Of a DNA stretch of 60,295 bases, positions 37,465 through 47,692 are shown in pieces. The DNA is from Chloroflexota bacterium. Its GTDB lineage: Bacteria > Chloroflexota > Limnocylindria > Limnocylindrales > Limnocylindraceae. The first letter of the stretch is position 1. Every line of letters starts with the position of its first letter. The stretch is from the NCBI GenBank assembly GCA_026389535.1, contig JAPLHR010000020.1, positions 1 to 60,295 on the forward strand, given 5' to 3'. A program made the translations under genes and the position numbers. The notes under the pieces are model-generated. The model saw nothing but the letters and a program-made list of their open reading frames with translations. It did not search any database and had not been told where the DNA came from.

Positions 37465-40400
37465 TCAGGCGGCCTTCGCCCGCTCGCCGCGCGAGAGGCT
37501 CTCCTTGAGCCCGTCGATAAGGCTGTACACCACTGGCACCACGAGCAGGGTAAGGAGCGTCGATGAGAGGAGTCCGCCAATCACCACCGTGCCGAGCTCG
37601 GCGGCGATGATCGAGCCCTCGCTCGGCCCTGCTGCGAGTGGCAGGAGCGCCAAGATCGTGGCGACCGCCGTCATCAGGATCGGGCGCACACGCGTTGCCC
37701 CGGCGCGCAGAAGGGCATCCTTCGTTGGGACCCCCTCGTGGCGCAGCTGCTCAACGCGGTCGAGCAGCACGATGGCATTTGTCACCACGATGCCGATCAA
37801 CATCAGGAAGCCGATGAGTGCCGAGATGCCGATCGGACGATTCGTGATCAGCAGGGCCGGGAAGGCACCGATCACAGCGAGTGGCAGGCTGAACATGATC
37901 ACGAGCGGATCCACAAGCGAGTTGAAGACCAACACCATGGTCAGGTAGACGAGCAGGATTGCGACGGCCATCGCGGTGAAGAGGCCGCCGAACGAAGCGT
38001 TCTGCTGCTCTGTCACGCCGGCGAGGCGCACGCTGACCTTGCTCAACCTCCCTGCGCTCTGCAGGTCGGTAACCGCTGTCTTCACGGCGGTGTTCACGGC
38101 ACCGGTGTCGGCGACCGCGATCTCGCCGGTCACGTTTGCGGCGAGCGCCTGGTCGATGCGCGTAATGCTTGATGGAACGGAGAGCTCTTCGATCGTTGCG
38201 ATGCTGCTGAGCGGCACCTTCTTTGCGCCGCCAACCAGGTGCGCACCGAGCTGGGCAATGTCGCTGACGGCGCTGCTGTCGATCTTGATGGAGAGGTTCA
38301 CCTTTTCACCATCAATCGTGATCTGCCCGAGCTGCGAACCGACCAGGAGATTGCGTACCTCGCCAGCAACCTGCGCCGCTGAGAGGCCGGCAATCGCGGC
38401 CGCTGATGGGTTGACGGTGATCTCAATCTGGCGACCAGCCTTTACGAGATCACTCTTCACGTTTGCGAGGTCGCCATTCGCGGCGAGTGTTGTGACAAGA
38501 AGGTCTGATGCGGCCTCAACGTCAGCGGCACGCTCACCGGTGACGATCACTGAGATGGCGTTGGAGCCGGCGGCAAAGCCGACCTCCTCCACCGTAACCG
38601 TCCAGCCCTGGGTGCCAACGTCGGCGAGCTCATTCGCAAAGCGAGTCTTCGCCTCTGCAAGGCTTGAGTCGGCGGTAAGCCGCACCGTCATTCGTGCAGC
38701 ATTTGGTGCTCGCCCCGTCGTGGCAGCAACGAGCGTTTGCGTCCCTGTTGAATCCGCGCTCGGAATCGAGGTCGTTACCAACTCAACCGTTTGATCCTTT
38801 GCGAGGATCTCGTACGCAACGCGGCTGCGCGTAAGGACGCGATCTGTCGAAGTACCGAGCGGTGGGTTCACGGTAATCGTCAATACCTTATCGCTACCAC
38901 TATTCAAGAACTGCGTTGGAATCGCACTCACAAGCGAGGTGGACCCAAGGAAGAGGCTGAACGCGATGAGGAGAGTGAAGAGCTTTGTGGCACGGCGGCG
39001 CAGAGCCAAGCCAAGGATTGGCAGATAGATGCGACCCCAGATCGAGATCTCTTCGCGGTCAGTGTCGACCGCGTACGGAATCGTTGCCTTGGAGCCCTTC
39101 ACCTTCACCAGGAAGTAGGCGAGCACTGGGATCACTGTGAGCGCAACGATCAGCGATGCGAGAAGAGCATAGGTAACGGTGAGTGCGAATGGCAGGAAGA
39201 ACTGGCTGATCAGGCCGCCCACGACGCCGAGCGGCAAGAAGACCGCGATCGTCGTGATGGTCGAGCTGGTGATCGCCGAGGCAACCTCGCGCGTGCCGTT
39301 GAGCACCGCTTCGCCGATGGGCTCGCCTTGGCTGCGGTGCCGATAGATGTTCTCTAGGACCACGATCGAGTCGTCGACGACGCGACCGACCGCAACGGCG
39401 AGTCCGCCGAGGGTCATGATGTTGATGGTGATGCCGGTCGTTGACATGAGGATGATTGCCGACAAGACGCTCAGCGGAATGCTCACCGCGGCAACGATGG
39501 TTGAGCGGAGGTTCAGCAGGAAGACGAAGATGACGATGACGGCGAAGGCGGCACCGAGGCCACCCTCCTGCAAGAGCGAATTGACTGAATCGAGGATGAA
39601 GACCGATGCGTCAGTAACCACCGACTGCTTCACCTGGGCCGAGTGTGCCTCGGCAAACTTCTCAATGGCGGCAATCGATTCCTGGGCGGTGGTCACGGTA
39701 TTGGCATCGGCCGACTTGCTCACGCTGATGGTCAGGCCAGGGGTGCCGTTCGTCTCAGACCAGCCGGTGGTGTGCACCTCGGCGAGCGAGACCGTCGCGA
39801 CATCCTTCAAGAAGACGGGGTACGGCTGACCAGTTGGCGTCACTCCGCCGCCAACGATGAGGTTCTCAAGGTCGGCAACTGAGGTGAAGCGGCCAGTGGC
39901 CGACACGGGCACGAGGGTGCTGCCCACTGGGAGCTGGCCACCCGGATAAGTCAGGTTGTTCGCCTGAATCAGGCCTTGAACCTGCGACATGCTGACACCC
40001 GTAGCGGCGAGCTTTGCTGCGTCAAGTTGAATGTAGGCCTGGGTCTCACTGCCACCCGAGAGATCGGCGGCGGAGATGCCGCTGATGCCGCGGAGGCTCG
40101 GCATCAGCTCGCTCTGCGCAAGCGTTGCCAGCTCCGTCAACGTCGTATCGCCCTTTGGGGTCAGGGTGGCGATGACAACGGCAGCAGAGTTGATGTTGAA
40201 GTTGCGAACGACTGGCGTAACGCCAGCGGGGAGGCGCGAACCGTCGATCGCGGCCTCAATCTGGCGCACGATCTCCTTGACGTCACTCCCGTAGGCGAAT
40301 TGGGCGGAGACGAAGCCGAGCCCGGTCGTTGAGACGGAGCGGAGCGACTCGACGCCTGCAACTGAGGCCACAGCGGCCTCAATCGGCGCGGCCACCTGCT

Positions 40401-40584
40401 CGGCAACGTCGGCGGTGCCTGCCCCCGGGTATGGAGCGATCACGGTGATGATTGGGAAGTCGATGTTTGGAAGCAACTCCTGCTTCAGGCTCCCCCAACT
40501 CGCCACGCCCCCGCCGAAGACTGCGAGTGCGATCAAAATGGTCACGCTGCGTCGAGCGACCGCGAGCTTGGTCAGGAAAAACAT
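37465..40584 (-). CDS. RND-superfamily efflux permease (AcrB/HAE-like), with no adaptor gene adjacent
   Basis: The roughly 1040-aa protein has a 12-TM duplicated architecture with two large external loops (AVGRVVDDSIVVLENI, LIGIVVTNAIVLLD). I chose the ATG at 40584 because of an AGAGGGGGA SD. Confidence 0.85.
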   Translation of the reverse strand: MFFLTKLAVARRSVTILIALAVFGGGVASWGSLKQELLPNIDFPIITVIAPYPGAGTADVAEQVAAPIEAAVASVAGVESLRSVSTTGLGFVSAQFAYGSDVKEIVRQIEAAIDGSRLPAGVTPVVRNFNINSAAVVIATLTPKGDTTLTELATLAQSELMPSLRGISGISAADLSGGSETQAYIQLDAAKLAATGVSMSQVQGLIQANNLTYPGGQLPVGSTLVPVSATGRFTSVADLENLIVGGGVTPTGQPYPVFLKDVATVSLAEVHTTGWSETNGTPGLTISVSKSADANTVTTAQESIAAIEKFAEAHSAQVKQSVVTDASVFILDSVNSLLQEGGLGAAFAVIVIFVFLLNLRSTIVAAVSIPLSVLSAIILMSTTGITINIMTLGGLAVAVGRVVDDSIVVLENIYRHRSQGEPIGEAVLNGTREVASAITSSTITTIAVFLPLGVVGGLISQFFLPFALTVTYALLASLIVALTVIPVLAYFLVKVKGSKATIPYAVDTDREEISIWGRIYLPILGLALRRRATKLFTLLIAFSLFLGSTSLVSAIPTQFLNSGSDKVLTITVNPPLGTSTDRVLTRSRVAYEILAKDQTVELVTTSIPSADSTGTQTLVAATTGRAPNAARMTVRLTADSSLAEAKTRFANELADVGTQGWTVTVEEVGFAAGSNAISVIVTGERAADVEAASDLLVTTLAANGDLANVKSDLVKAGRQIEITVNPSAAAIAGLSAAQVAGEVRNLLVGSQLGQITIDGEKVNLSIKIDSSAVSDIAQLGAHLVGGAKKVPLSSIATIEELSVPSSITRIDQALAANVTGEIAVADTGAVNTAVKTAVTDLQSAGRLSKVSVRLAGVTEQQNASFGGLFTAMAVAILLVYLTMVLVFNSLVDPLVIMFSLPLAVIGAFPALLITNRPIGISALIGFLMLIGIVVTNAIVLLDRVEQLRHEGVPTKDALLRAGATRVRPILMTAVATILALLPLAAGPSEGSIIAAELGTVVIGGLLSSTLLTLLVVPVVYSLIDGLKESLSRGERAKAA

Positions 40585-40698
40585 GGAGTCCCCCTCTATT
40601 TCGCCGATTGGAGTGGGCAACAACGCCCAACAGGCGTAGTATCGCGGAATCCCGCCGATGATGCTGCGGGGCTAAAAACGCATTAAGGGGGGTTAATC

Positions 40699-41133
40699 AT
40701 GACCACGCGAACGGCGACCGCTACATGGAACGGCTCACTCCTTGAGGGCTCCGGGGCCATCACCTCGTTTGAGAGCGGAGCAATCGGTGCGCTGCCAGTA
40801 AGTTGGCCGCGACGCTCCGAGGCGCATGATGGATCAACCTCTCCAGAAGAGTTGCTCGCCGCAGCGCACGCATCCTGCTTCGCAATGGCGCTCTCGGGCG
40901 GCCTGGCGCGCAATAACACTCCGGCCAAGCAGCTCGACGTTTCGGCGACCGTGACCTTTGAGAAGGTCGAGGCGGGTTGGCGCGTAACGAGGTCGGCGCT
41001 CACCCTCAAGGGCGATGTTCCGGGTCTTGATGCTGCGAAGTTTGCGGAGCTTGCCGAAGGGGCGAAGGGCGGCTGCCCAATATCAGCAGCGCTCGCAGGG
41101 AACGTCGAGATCACCCTCTCGATTAACGCCTAA
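40699..41133 (+). CDS. osmC: OsmC-family peroxiredoxin
   Basis: TSPEELLAAAHASCFAMAL and the second catalytic Cys in GCPISAAL are present. An AAGGGGGG SD lies upstream. Confidence 0.85.
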   Translation: MTTRTATATWNGSLLEGSGAITSFESGAIGALPVSWPRRSEAHDGSTSPEELLAAAHASCFAMALSGGLARNNTPAKQLDVSATVTFEKVEAGWRVTRSALTLKGDVPGLDAAKFAELAEGAKGGCPISAALAGNVEITLSINA

Positions 41134-42464
41134 GCCTCGTCGCGTACCGCGCGGATCGCTGCGGCGGTCCCGCGCGCGATGCGCGCAATCTCCTCGTCAC
41201 CAATGACGAACGGTGGACCGATCACAATTTGGTCGCCGTCTACGCCGTTGGCCTGGCCCGTGGCGCTATAGAGCAGCAGGCCAACATCGGCCGCGTTCTT
41301 GGCGTGCGCCAACACGCGCTCGGTGACGCGCTTGGCACGCGCATGCGGCGCCTTGTTCGCGCGGTCGGCAACAAGTTCGATCCCGAGTAGGAGACCGCGG
41401 CCGCGAATCTCACCGACCCACGGATCGTTGACGAGCTCTGCTTCGAGTGCCGCGCGCAGCTCGGCGCCTCGGGTTGCTGAGGCCTCGATCAGGTTCTCGT
41501 CGCGCAGAATCTTCAGCACGGAGCGCGCAACGGCGGCGCCGGGAGCTGAGTGGCTGTAGGTGAAGCCGTGTACGAATCCACTCGCCAAGATCGGCTCGGC
41601 AACATGGGCGGCCGCAGCAACGAAACCGAACGGCCAGTAGCCGCTGGTCACGCCCTTCGCCGCGAGCAGCAGGTCTGGTTGTAGGTTCCAGTGGTTTGAG
41701 CCGAACCAGGTTCCCGTTCGACCGAATCCGGTCATCACCTCATCGGCAACGAGCAGCACCTTGTTGCGCGCGCACCAGGCGCTGACCGCTGGCCAGTAGT
41801 CGTCGGATGGCACGGCGGCGGCGAGCGTTGCACCAACGATCGGCTCGGCAACGAAGGCGGCGATGCGCCCTGGGCCAATGCGGCTCAGCAGCGCGTCAAG
41901 TTCGGCGACCGCTTCGGCGCCGCTGGCAATCGCGTTGGCGCCGTCGAGACCAGCACGATACGAATACGGGGCCGAGACATGCTCAAAGCGGCCGAGCCAC
42001 GGCTCGTATGGGCGTCGCAGCCCAGTGCGACCGGAGAGGTCGAGGGCACCGAGGGTGTTGCCGTGATAGCTCCCCCAGCGGCTCACCACCACGGTGCGAT
42101 CGGGCTCGCCCTGCGCCAGCCAGTAGGCGCGCACCATCTTGAGCGCCGTCTCCGCAGCCTCCGAACCGCCAGAGACCGGATAGAGCGACGGGTTCTTCAT
42201 TGGTAGAAGTGGACCAATCTCACTCGCCCAGGCGTCGAGCGCCTCGGCGGTGAAGGCGCTCCCATGGGCGTAGGCGATCTTTGCCATCTGCGCCGCGGCG
42301 GCATCGGCAACGGCGCGTCGGCCGTGACCAATCCCCACGACAATGGCGCCACCTGCGGCATCGAGGTAGCGCCGACCGCTCTTGTCAGTGATGTAGGCGC
42401 CGTCGCCAGATGCGGCGATGGGGAGCGCGGGACCGCCGCGGCTGAAGATCTTCCCGCTACTCAC
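41130..42464 (-). CDS. Class-III aminotransferase
   Basis: GGAIVVGIGHGR, YHGNT, LLVADEVMTGFGRTGTWF and AAKGVTSG are present. The GTG at 42464 forms a GTGA overlap with the upstream stop; the track start at 42569 lies inside the neighbouring gene. Confidence 0.8.
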   Translation of the reverse strand: MSSGKIFSRGGPALPIAASGDGAYITDKSGRRYLDAAGGAIVVGIGHGRRAVADAAAAQMAKIAYAHGSAFTAEALDAWASEIGPLLPMKNPSLYPVSGGSEAAETALKMVRAYWLAQGEPDRTVVVSRWGSYHGNTLGALDLSGRTGLRRPYEPWLGRFEHVSAPYSYRAGLDGANAIASGAEAVAELDALLSRIGPGRIAAFVAEPIVGATLAAAVPSDDYWPAVSAWCARNKVLLVADEVMTGFGRTGTWFGSNHWNLQPDLLLAAKGVTSGYWPFGFVAAAAHVAEPILASGFVHGFTYSHSAPGAAVARSVLKILRDENLIEASATRGAELRAALEAELVNDPWVGEIRGRGLLLGIELVADRANKAPHARAKRVTERVLAHAKNAADVGLLLYSATGQANGVDGDQIVIGPPFVIGDEEIARIARGTAAAIRAVRDEA

Positions 42465-43243
42465 GAGACGTATGCCCCGGTCGGGTCGAGCTCTTCGCGG
42501 ATCAGGCGCAGCTCCTCGTCGGTCGGCGTCGGCGTGGCGGGGAAGCTCTGCGGGATGCGGATCTCCCAACCGATCGATGCACGCACCTGATCAAGGGTTG
42601 CGCCCGGATGCAGGCTGCGCAGCGCCATCTCACCGTCGTCGTCGAATCCATACACGCCGAGATCGGTGATAACGCCCGATGGTCCACTGCCGCCCCAGCC
42701 CTGCGCCGCGCGCGTCTTCGCCGCCGCGACGGCGCCGCCAAGATTGCCAGGCGAGGTGCGGAAGTCGAGCTCCTTCACAAAGCTGCGCGTGCTCTGGCGC
42801 ATGATCACCAGAATCTCTTTGGCGTTGATCGCGATCTCGCATGCGCCACCCGACCCAGGGAGGCGCGTCTTCGGTGCCGCGTAGTCGCCGATCACCGTCG
42901 TGTTCAAGTTGCCGAATCGATCGATCTGCGCGCCGCCGAGGAAGCCCACATCGATGCGACCCCCCTGCAGGTAGAGGCCGAAGAGGTCGTGCATGGAGAC
43001 GGTGGCGGTGGAGCCGGTCACGATCGTTGGGTCACCAATCGAGAGTGGAAGTCGTGCGGGATTTGCGCCGAAGACGCCCGCCTCGTAGACCAGCTCCATC
43101 TCTGGTGCGACGGTGCGCTTGGCGAGGTTCACGGCGATGTTCGGGAGGCCCACCCCCACGAAGCAGACGCGCTTTCCGGTCAGGGCGTGCGCAGAGGCGA
43201 CGACCATCAACTCGCTCTTGCTCGCCGGACGCTGCGCGCTCAT
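42461..43243 (-). CDS. CoA-transferase subunit B (family I, 3-oxoacid/glutaconate type)
   Basis: VCFVGVGLPNIAVNLAKR...ELVYEAGVFG...LPGSGGACEIA carries the glutamate-containing active-site block. Confidence 0.72.
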   Translation of the reverse strand: MSAQRPASKSELMVVASAHALTGKRVCFVGVGLPNIAVNLAKRTVAPEMELVYEAGVFGANPARLPLSIGDPTIVTGSTATVSMHDLFGLYLQGGRIDVGFLGGAQIDRFGNLNTTVIGDYAAPKTRLPGSGGACEIAINAKEILVIMRQSTRSFVKELDFRTSPGNLGGAVAAAKTRAAQGWGGSGPSGVITDLGVYGFDDDGEMALRSLHPGATLDQVRASIGWEIRIPQSFPATPTPTDEELRLIREELDPTGAYVS

Positions 43244-44172
43244 CGGTAGTCTCCGTAGTCAACCGAACCGGATGGGGCACTCGTTGGGGTGAGCCCCTTG
43301 AAGTAGTCGCCACCGAACTTCGCCACGTAGGCGGCGCGATCCTTTACGCCGTAGACCCACTCCTGCAGCCACGCCTCGGTGGCGGCGGCATCGCGGCTGA
43401 TGGTGTCCCATTCGCGATAGAAGGCATTGTCGCGATCGTACGAACCTTGCACGTACGACGGGTGCGCACCGAACGGTTCGCACACTACGGCGCTCACGAT
43501 CAGCCCAGGAGCAATGGTGCGATTCGGATCGGCGCGGATCACACTGGTTGGCACGATCTCTTCGACCACGGCGATGACGTGCTTGGCGGCGAAGGCCGCC
43601 TCCTTCTGGCAGCCGAGTAGGCCCCACATCTGTACGTTCCCCTCAGCGTCGGCGCGCTGGGCATGGATGATCGTCACGTCGGGGTTGAGCGGCGGCACGG
43701 CGTAGACCTCTTCACCACCAAACGGGCTCTGTACGGTGCGAATCAGCGGATTCACCTTCGGCAGGTCGCTCTCGGAGTAGCTGCGCAGCGGGTAGAACGG
43801 GAGGCGGTGCGCGCCCGCCACATAGCGACCGACCATGCCGTGATGGCTGTACTCCTCGATCTCCAGGAGTGATTCGCCGGGGGCGAGCGCGGCTGGCTCC
43901 GTGCGTCGACGAATCGCATGCAGCGAACCGACGCCAGGATTGCCGAGCCAGCTAAAGATCAACTTCTTGGCGCAGCCTGCAGCAACCATCTGGTCGTACA
44001 CGAGATCGGGTGTCATTCGCGCCAGCGTCAGATTGCGTCGCCTCTGTCGAATGATCTCGTGCCCGGCCGCAAACGAGATGCAGTGCGTGAATCCTTCAAT
44101 GGCCACCGTATCGCCGTCGTGCACATGCGCGGCGATCGCCGTGCGCATATCGACGAGTTTCGAGGTGCTCAA
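43240..44172 (-). CDS. CoA-transferase subunit A
   Basis: VHDGDTVAIEGF... is the N-terminal block typical of subunit A. It starts at a TTG with an AGGAGAG SD and has a 4-nt overlap with subunit B. Confidence 0.72.
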   Translation of the reverse strand: MSTSKLVDMRTAIAAHVHDGDTVAIEGFTHCISFAAGHEIIRQRRRNLTLARMTPDLVYDQMVAAGCAKKLIFSWLGNPGVGSLHAIRRRTEPAALAPGESLLEIEEYSHHGMVGRYVAGAHRLPFYPLRSYSESDLPKVNPLIRTVQSPFGGEEVYAVPPLNPDVTIIHAQRADAEGNVQMWGLLGCQKEAAFAAKHVIAVVEEIVPTSVIRADPNRTIAPGLIVSAVVCEPFGAHPSYVQGSYDRDNAFYREWDTISRDAAATEAWLQEWVYGVKDRAAYVAKFGGDYFKGLTPTSAPSGSVDYGDYR

Positions 44173-44220
44173 TTGGTCTCTCCTGCGAAGGCTGTTAGAG
44201 GCCCGCGCATGGGCGCTCGC

Positions 44221-45519
44221 TCAGTGCCGAGCGGCGACTGCCGCTGCGGCCTCAGAGAAGATGCGGATCGCGGTATTCATTTCGGCTTCGTTCACGATGA
44301 GTGGGGGGCTCATGCGCACGCCGCGGTCGCCACATGTCAGCACGAGAAGGCCGCGCTCAAACGCCTCGACCTCAACCTCACCGGCAATGTCGCCATCGGT
44401 GAAGTCGACGCCGATCATCAGGCCGATGCCACGAATGTCGGTGACATGTTTGTTGCCTGCAAGACCTGCACGCAAACCCTTGACCGCCTGTGCGCCGCGA
44501 TCGATCGCGTTCTGCATCAGGTTCTCATCGCGAATCACTTCCAGTGTGGCGATGGCCGCAGCTGCAGCAACCGGATTGCCACCGAACGTTGAGCCGTGCG
44601 AGCCGGGCTTCCAGCGCATCCAGTGCTCTTTGGCGATGACTGCGCCGATCGGCATCCCTGAGCCGAGACCCTTCGCCGCGGCGACGATGTCGGGCTCAAT
44701 GCCGAAGTTTTCGATCGCCCACATCTTGCCGGTGCGACCGGCGCCGGACTGCACCTCGTCAACAACGATGGCGATGCAGTACTTGTCGGCGATCTGCTTC
44801 AGACGTGGGAAGAACTCCTTGTCGGGAACGATGTAGCCACCCTCGCCCTGCACCGGCTCAACAACGAACGCGGCGATCTCGTCGCCAGGGATGGTGCGCG
44901 CAATGATGCGCTCTTCGAGTTCGTCGAGGCCCTCGCTGCCGAATGGCACGTGCAAGAAGCCTGGCGCCAATGGGCCAAAGTGGGCGTGGTACTTCGCCTT
45001 GGAATTTGTCAACGTGAGTGCACCGAGGGTTCGTCCGTGGAAGCCGCCGACGAAACCAACGATCCACTGGCGACCGCTCATGTAGCGGGCCAACTTGATG
45101 GAGGCCTCAACCGCTTCGGTCCCTGAATTCTGCAAGAGGACCTTTGATGGCCCCTTCCATGGTGCCGATGCGGCGAGCGCCGATGCGAGCTCCTGGTAGC
45201 GCTGCTCGTAGAAGTCGGAGGCGCTGTAGTGCAAGAGGCGCTGCGCCTGCTGCACGATCGCGTCGACCACGCGCGGGTGGCAGTGGCCCGTGGAGTTCAC
45301 GGCGATGCCGGCGCAGAAGTCGAGGAAGACGTTCCCATCCTGATCCTCAACGCCCATGCCAAAGCCGCGTACGGGAGCAAACGGATAGGCGCGGGGCAGG
45401 CTTCCGGAGACGACGGCCTGGTCGGCGGCAACCTGGGCGAGGGCCCTTGGGCCGGGCACCTTGGTGACGAGGTGCGGCAGCGTGGCTGGCCAGGTTGCAG
45501 GCTTCTCGGCGATCGTCAT
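44221..45519 (-). CDS. 4-aminobutyrate-type class-III aminotransferase (GabT-like)
   Basis: It is collinear with E. coli GabT blocks (FLDFCAGIAVNSTGHCHP, EPVQGEGGY, VVDEVQSGAGRTGKMWA, GGNPVAAAAAIATLEVI). Confidence 0.8.
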   Translation of the reverse strand: MTIAEKPATWPATLPHLVTKVPGPRALAQVAADQAVVSGSLPRAYPFAPVRGFGMGVEDQDGNVFLDFCAGIAVNSTGHCHPRVVDAIVQQAQRLLHYSASDFYEQRYQELASALAASAPWKGPSKVLLQNSGTEAVEASIKLARYMSGRQWIVGFVGGFHGRTLGALTLTNSKAKYHAHFGPLAPGFLHVPFGSEGLDELEERIIARTIPGDEIAAFVVEPVQGEGGYIVPDKEFFPRLKQIADKYCIAIVVDEVQSGAGRTGKMWAIENFGIEPDIVAAAKGLGSGMPIGAVIAKEHWMRWKPGSHGSTFGGNPVAAAAAIATLEVIRDENLMQNAIDRGAQAVKGLRAGLAGNKHVTDIRGIGLMIGVDFTDGDIAGEVEVEAFERGLLVLTCGDRGVRMSPPLIVNEAEMNTAIRIFSEAAAAVAARH

Positions 45520-45574
45520 GGTGCCCCTCCTATGGATGCTTTATATGCGGAGTGTATACGAGGAGATCCCCCGT

Positions 45575-47140
45575 TTAGCGGACGATCGTCTGGCTCTGCT
45601 CGCGCAGGTATTGCGGCACGTAGTAGAGGCCACCGCCCGACTTCCCTGTCGTGCCCGACTTCTTCCAGCCGCCGAACGGCTGGACCATCGGCCATGCGCC
45701 GGTCGTGGATCCCACTCGGCGGTTTACGTAGATCACCCCGCCATCGATGGTGTCGAGGAAGGTCTTGATTTCGGCCTCATCCTCGGTATAGCAACCGGCG
45801 GTGAGGGCGTACTCGCTCTTATTGGCGAGGGTGATCCCCTCTTCGAACGAGGCAATCTTCGCCACCGCGACGAACGGCGTGAAGAGCTCGTCGGTGAAGA
45901 GGCGATGCGTTGCTGGGAGCCCCGTCACCACGGTCGGTGTGACGTAGAAGCCCTTGGCGAAATCGCCATCGGTCAGGCGGCCGCCGCCGATCTCGATCGT
46001 TCCATCACGCTTCGCCTCGTCGCAAGCCTGCATAAAGGTGTCGACGGAGCGCTGGTTGATGATTGGCCCAAGGAAGACGCCGCGCACCGTTGGGTCGCCG
46101 ACCTTCAGCGCCTTCGTCTTCTCTACGAGGTGCTTCACGAATTCGTCATGCACCGACGCTTCGATATAGACGCGGCTATTCGCCGAGCACTTCTGCCCAC
46201 CGAGACCGAACGCAGAGCGAAGGACCCCTTCGGCCGCCTTCTCAAGATCCGCATGCTTCGAGATGATCGTTGGGTTCTTTCCGCCCATCTCAACAATGAC
46301 AGGCTTCGGATAATTCTTGGCAAACGATCGGTAGACCTGCATGCCCACCTCGGCTGAGCCGGTGAAGGTGATGCCAGAGACATCATGGTTCTCCTGCAGC
46401 TCTGCGCCAACGCTTTCGCCTGGTCCCATCACCATGTTGAAGACACCAGCTGGAATTCCTGCATCGCTAATCGCTTGCGCGAGCAGCACCGCCGAGAGCG
46501 GCGCCTCTGACGAAGGCTTCAGCACGACCGAGTTGCCGGCAACGAGTGCGGCACCAACTGGACCGCCCATCAGGGCGAAGGGGAAGTTGAATGGGCTGAT
46601 AACCGCCCAGACGCCGTACGGCTTGAGGACGGTGGCCGTCTCAACCTTTGCGTCACCAAGGTTCCCCATGGTGTGGATGTAGCCCTTATTGCGCTCAACT
46701 TCGCCCGCATAGATGCGGAAGAAGTCGGCGGTCTCTTCGACGTCGCCGAGCGCCTCGAGGCGATTCTTGCCAACCTCAATAGAGAGGAGTGCGGAGTAGA
46801 GGAACTGTCGCTCGCTGATCAGTTCGGCCGCCGCGCGAATCAGCGCGACGCGCTCCTGCCATGGTCGCTTCGACCAGGCCGGGTACGCCGCCTTAGCTGC
46901 GGCGATTGCGGCTTTCGCCGTGGAGCGATCGCCCTTACTAAAGGTGCCGACAACGCTGCCATCGATTGGGGACTTCTTGACGAAGGTGTCGCCCGCGGTG
47001 GACCAGGTGCCATTGATGAAGTTTCCGTGTGCGCCGCCCATGAGTGCGCGAGCCTGCGCGAGGCCGGCCTCATACCCAATATGGATCTCCTCGTTGGAGT
47101 CATTCAGCGTGGCGTACGTGATCTTCAACTTCTCAGCCAT
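45575..47140 (-). CDS. Aldehyde dehydrogenase, 1-pyrroline-5-carboxylate dehydrogenase-like
   Basis: EVGKNRLEALGDVEETADFFRIYA, ISPFNFPFA, VEMGGKNP and GGQKCSANSR (catalytic Cys) are present. I chose the ATG at 47140 because of an AAGGATGGA SD. Confidence 0.8.
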   Translation of the reverse strand: MAEKLKITYATLNDSNEEIHIGYEAGLAQARALMGGAHGNFINGTWSTAGDTFVKKSPIDGSVVGTFSKGDRSTAKAAIAAAKAAYPAWSKRPWQERVALIRAAAELISERQFLYSALLSIEVGKNRLEALGDVEETADFFRIYAGEVERNKGYIHTMGNLGDAKVETATVLKPYGVWAVISPFNFPFALMGGPVGAALVAGNSVVLKPSSEAPLSAVLLAQAISDAGIPAGVFNMVMGPGESVGAELQENHDVSGITFTGSAEVGMQVYRSFAKNYPKPVIVEMGGKNPTIISKHADLEKAAEGVLRSAFGLGGQKCSANSRVYIEASVHDEFVKHLVEKTKALKVGDPTVRGVFLGPIINQRSVDTFMQACDEAKRDGTIEIGGGRLTDGDFAKGFYVTPTVVTGLPATHRLFTDELFTPFVAVAKIASFEEGITLANKSEYALTAGCYTEDEAEIKTFLDTIDGGVIYVNRRVGSTTGAWPMVQPFGGWKKSGTTGKSGGGLYYVPQYLREQSQTIVR

Positions 47141-47191
47141 GGGTCCATCCTTACTTGTGCGGCGCACATGCGGTGCGCCATCGCGCAGAGT

Positions 47192-47650
47192 CTACCGCGC
47201 GGCGGCGGCCCGGCACGAGGGGCAGCGCCCCTGGAGCGAGAGGTGGTCGAGGTCGGCGGCGTAGCCGGTGGCCCGCTCAATCGCAGCGAGGATCGGCTTC
47301 GCAGCTTCGGCATCAAGTTCCACCTCGGCGCCGCACCCCTGGCAGTGCACGTGCCCATGGGCGACCACCTCCTCTAAGTGATAGGTCTCGCGGCCATCGA
47401 CCCCGTGGTGGTGCGTTGCAAACCCCAGCTCTTCGAGCAGATCGAGGGTGCGGTAGACCGTCGACGGGGTTGCCGATGGGTCTGCGACCCGCACGCGCTC
47501 CACCAGTTCGGCCCCGGTCGCATGGCCGTCGGAGGCGGCGAGCACGTCGGCGATCAGCTGCCGCTGCTCGGTCCAGCGCTGACCACGCGCCTGCACCGCC
47601 GCCTGGAGGCGGGTGGCGAGCGTCCCTGTTGGTTCAGATGTAGAAGCCAT
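47192..47650 (-). CDS. Fur-family metalloregulator (Nur/Zur-like by context)
   Basis: RWTEQRQLIADVL...HATGAELV...STVYRTLDLLEELG is the wHTH. HHH...H.H.HC..CG and a C-terminal CPSC provide the metal sites. Confidence 0.8.
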   Translation of the reverse strand: MASTSEPTGTLATRLQAAVQARGQRWTEQRQLIADVLAASDGHATGAELVERVRVADPSATPSTVYRTLDLLEELGFATHHHGVDGRETYHLEEVVAHGHVHCQGCGAEVELDAEAAKPILAAIERATGYAADLDHLSLQGRCPSCRAAAAR

Positions 47651-47657
47651 CTCGGGC

Positions 47658-47663
47658 AGGATA
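47658..47663 (-). promoter_or_regulatory. Candidate -10 box (TATCCT) for the leaderless fur-family gene
   Basis: On the reverse strand, TATCCT is followed by 7 nt and then the ATG at 47650. Confidence 0.3.
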
Positions 47664-47674
47664 CGGGATGGCTT

Positions 47675-47692
47675 ATTGCAACGTGTTGCGAT
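47675..47692. promoter_or_regulatory. Candidate Fur/Nur-type operator
   Basis: ATTGCAAC-GT-GTTGCGAT is an 8-2-8 inverted repeat with one mismatch. It lies in the 92-nt divergent intergenic region and abuts a TAGACT -10-like hexamer (47692-47697) facing cbiM. Confidence 0.35.
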
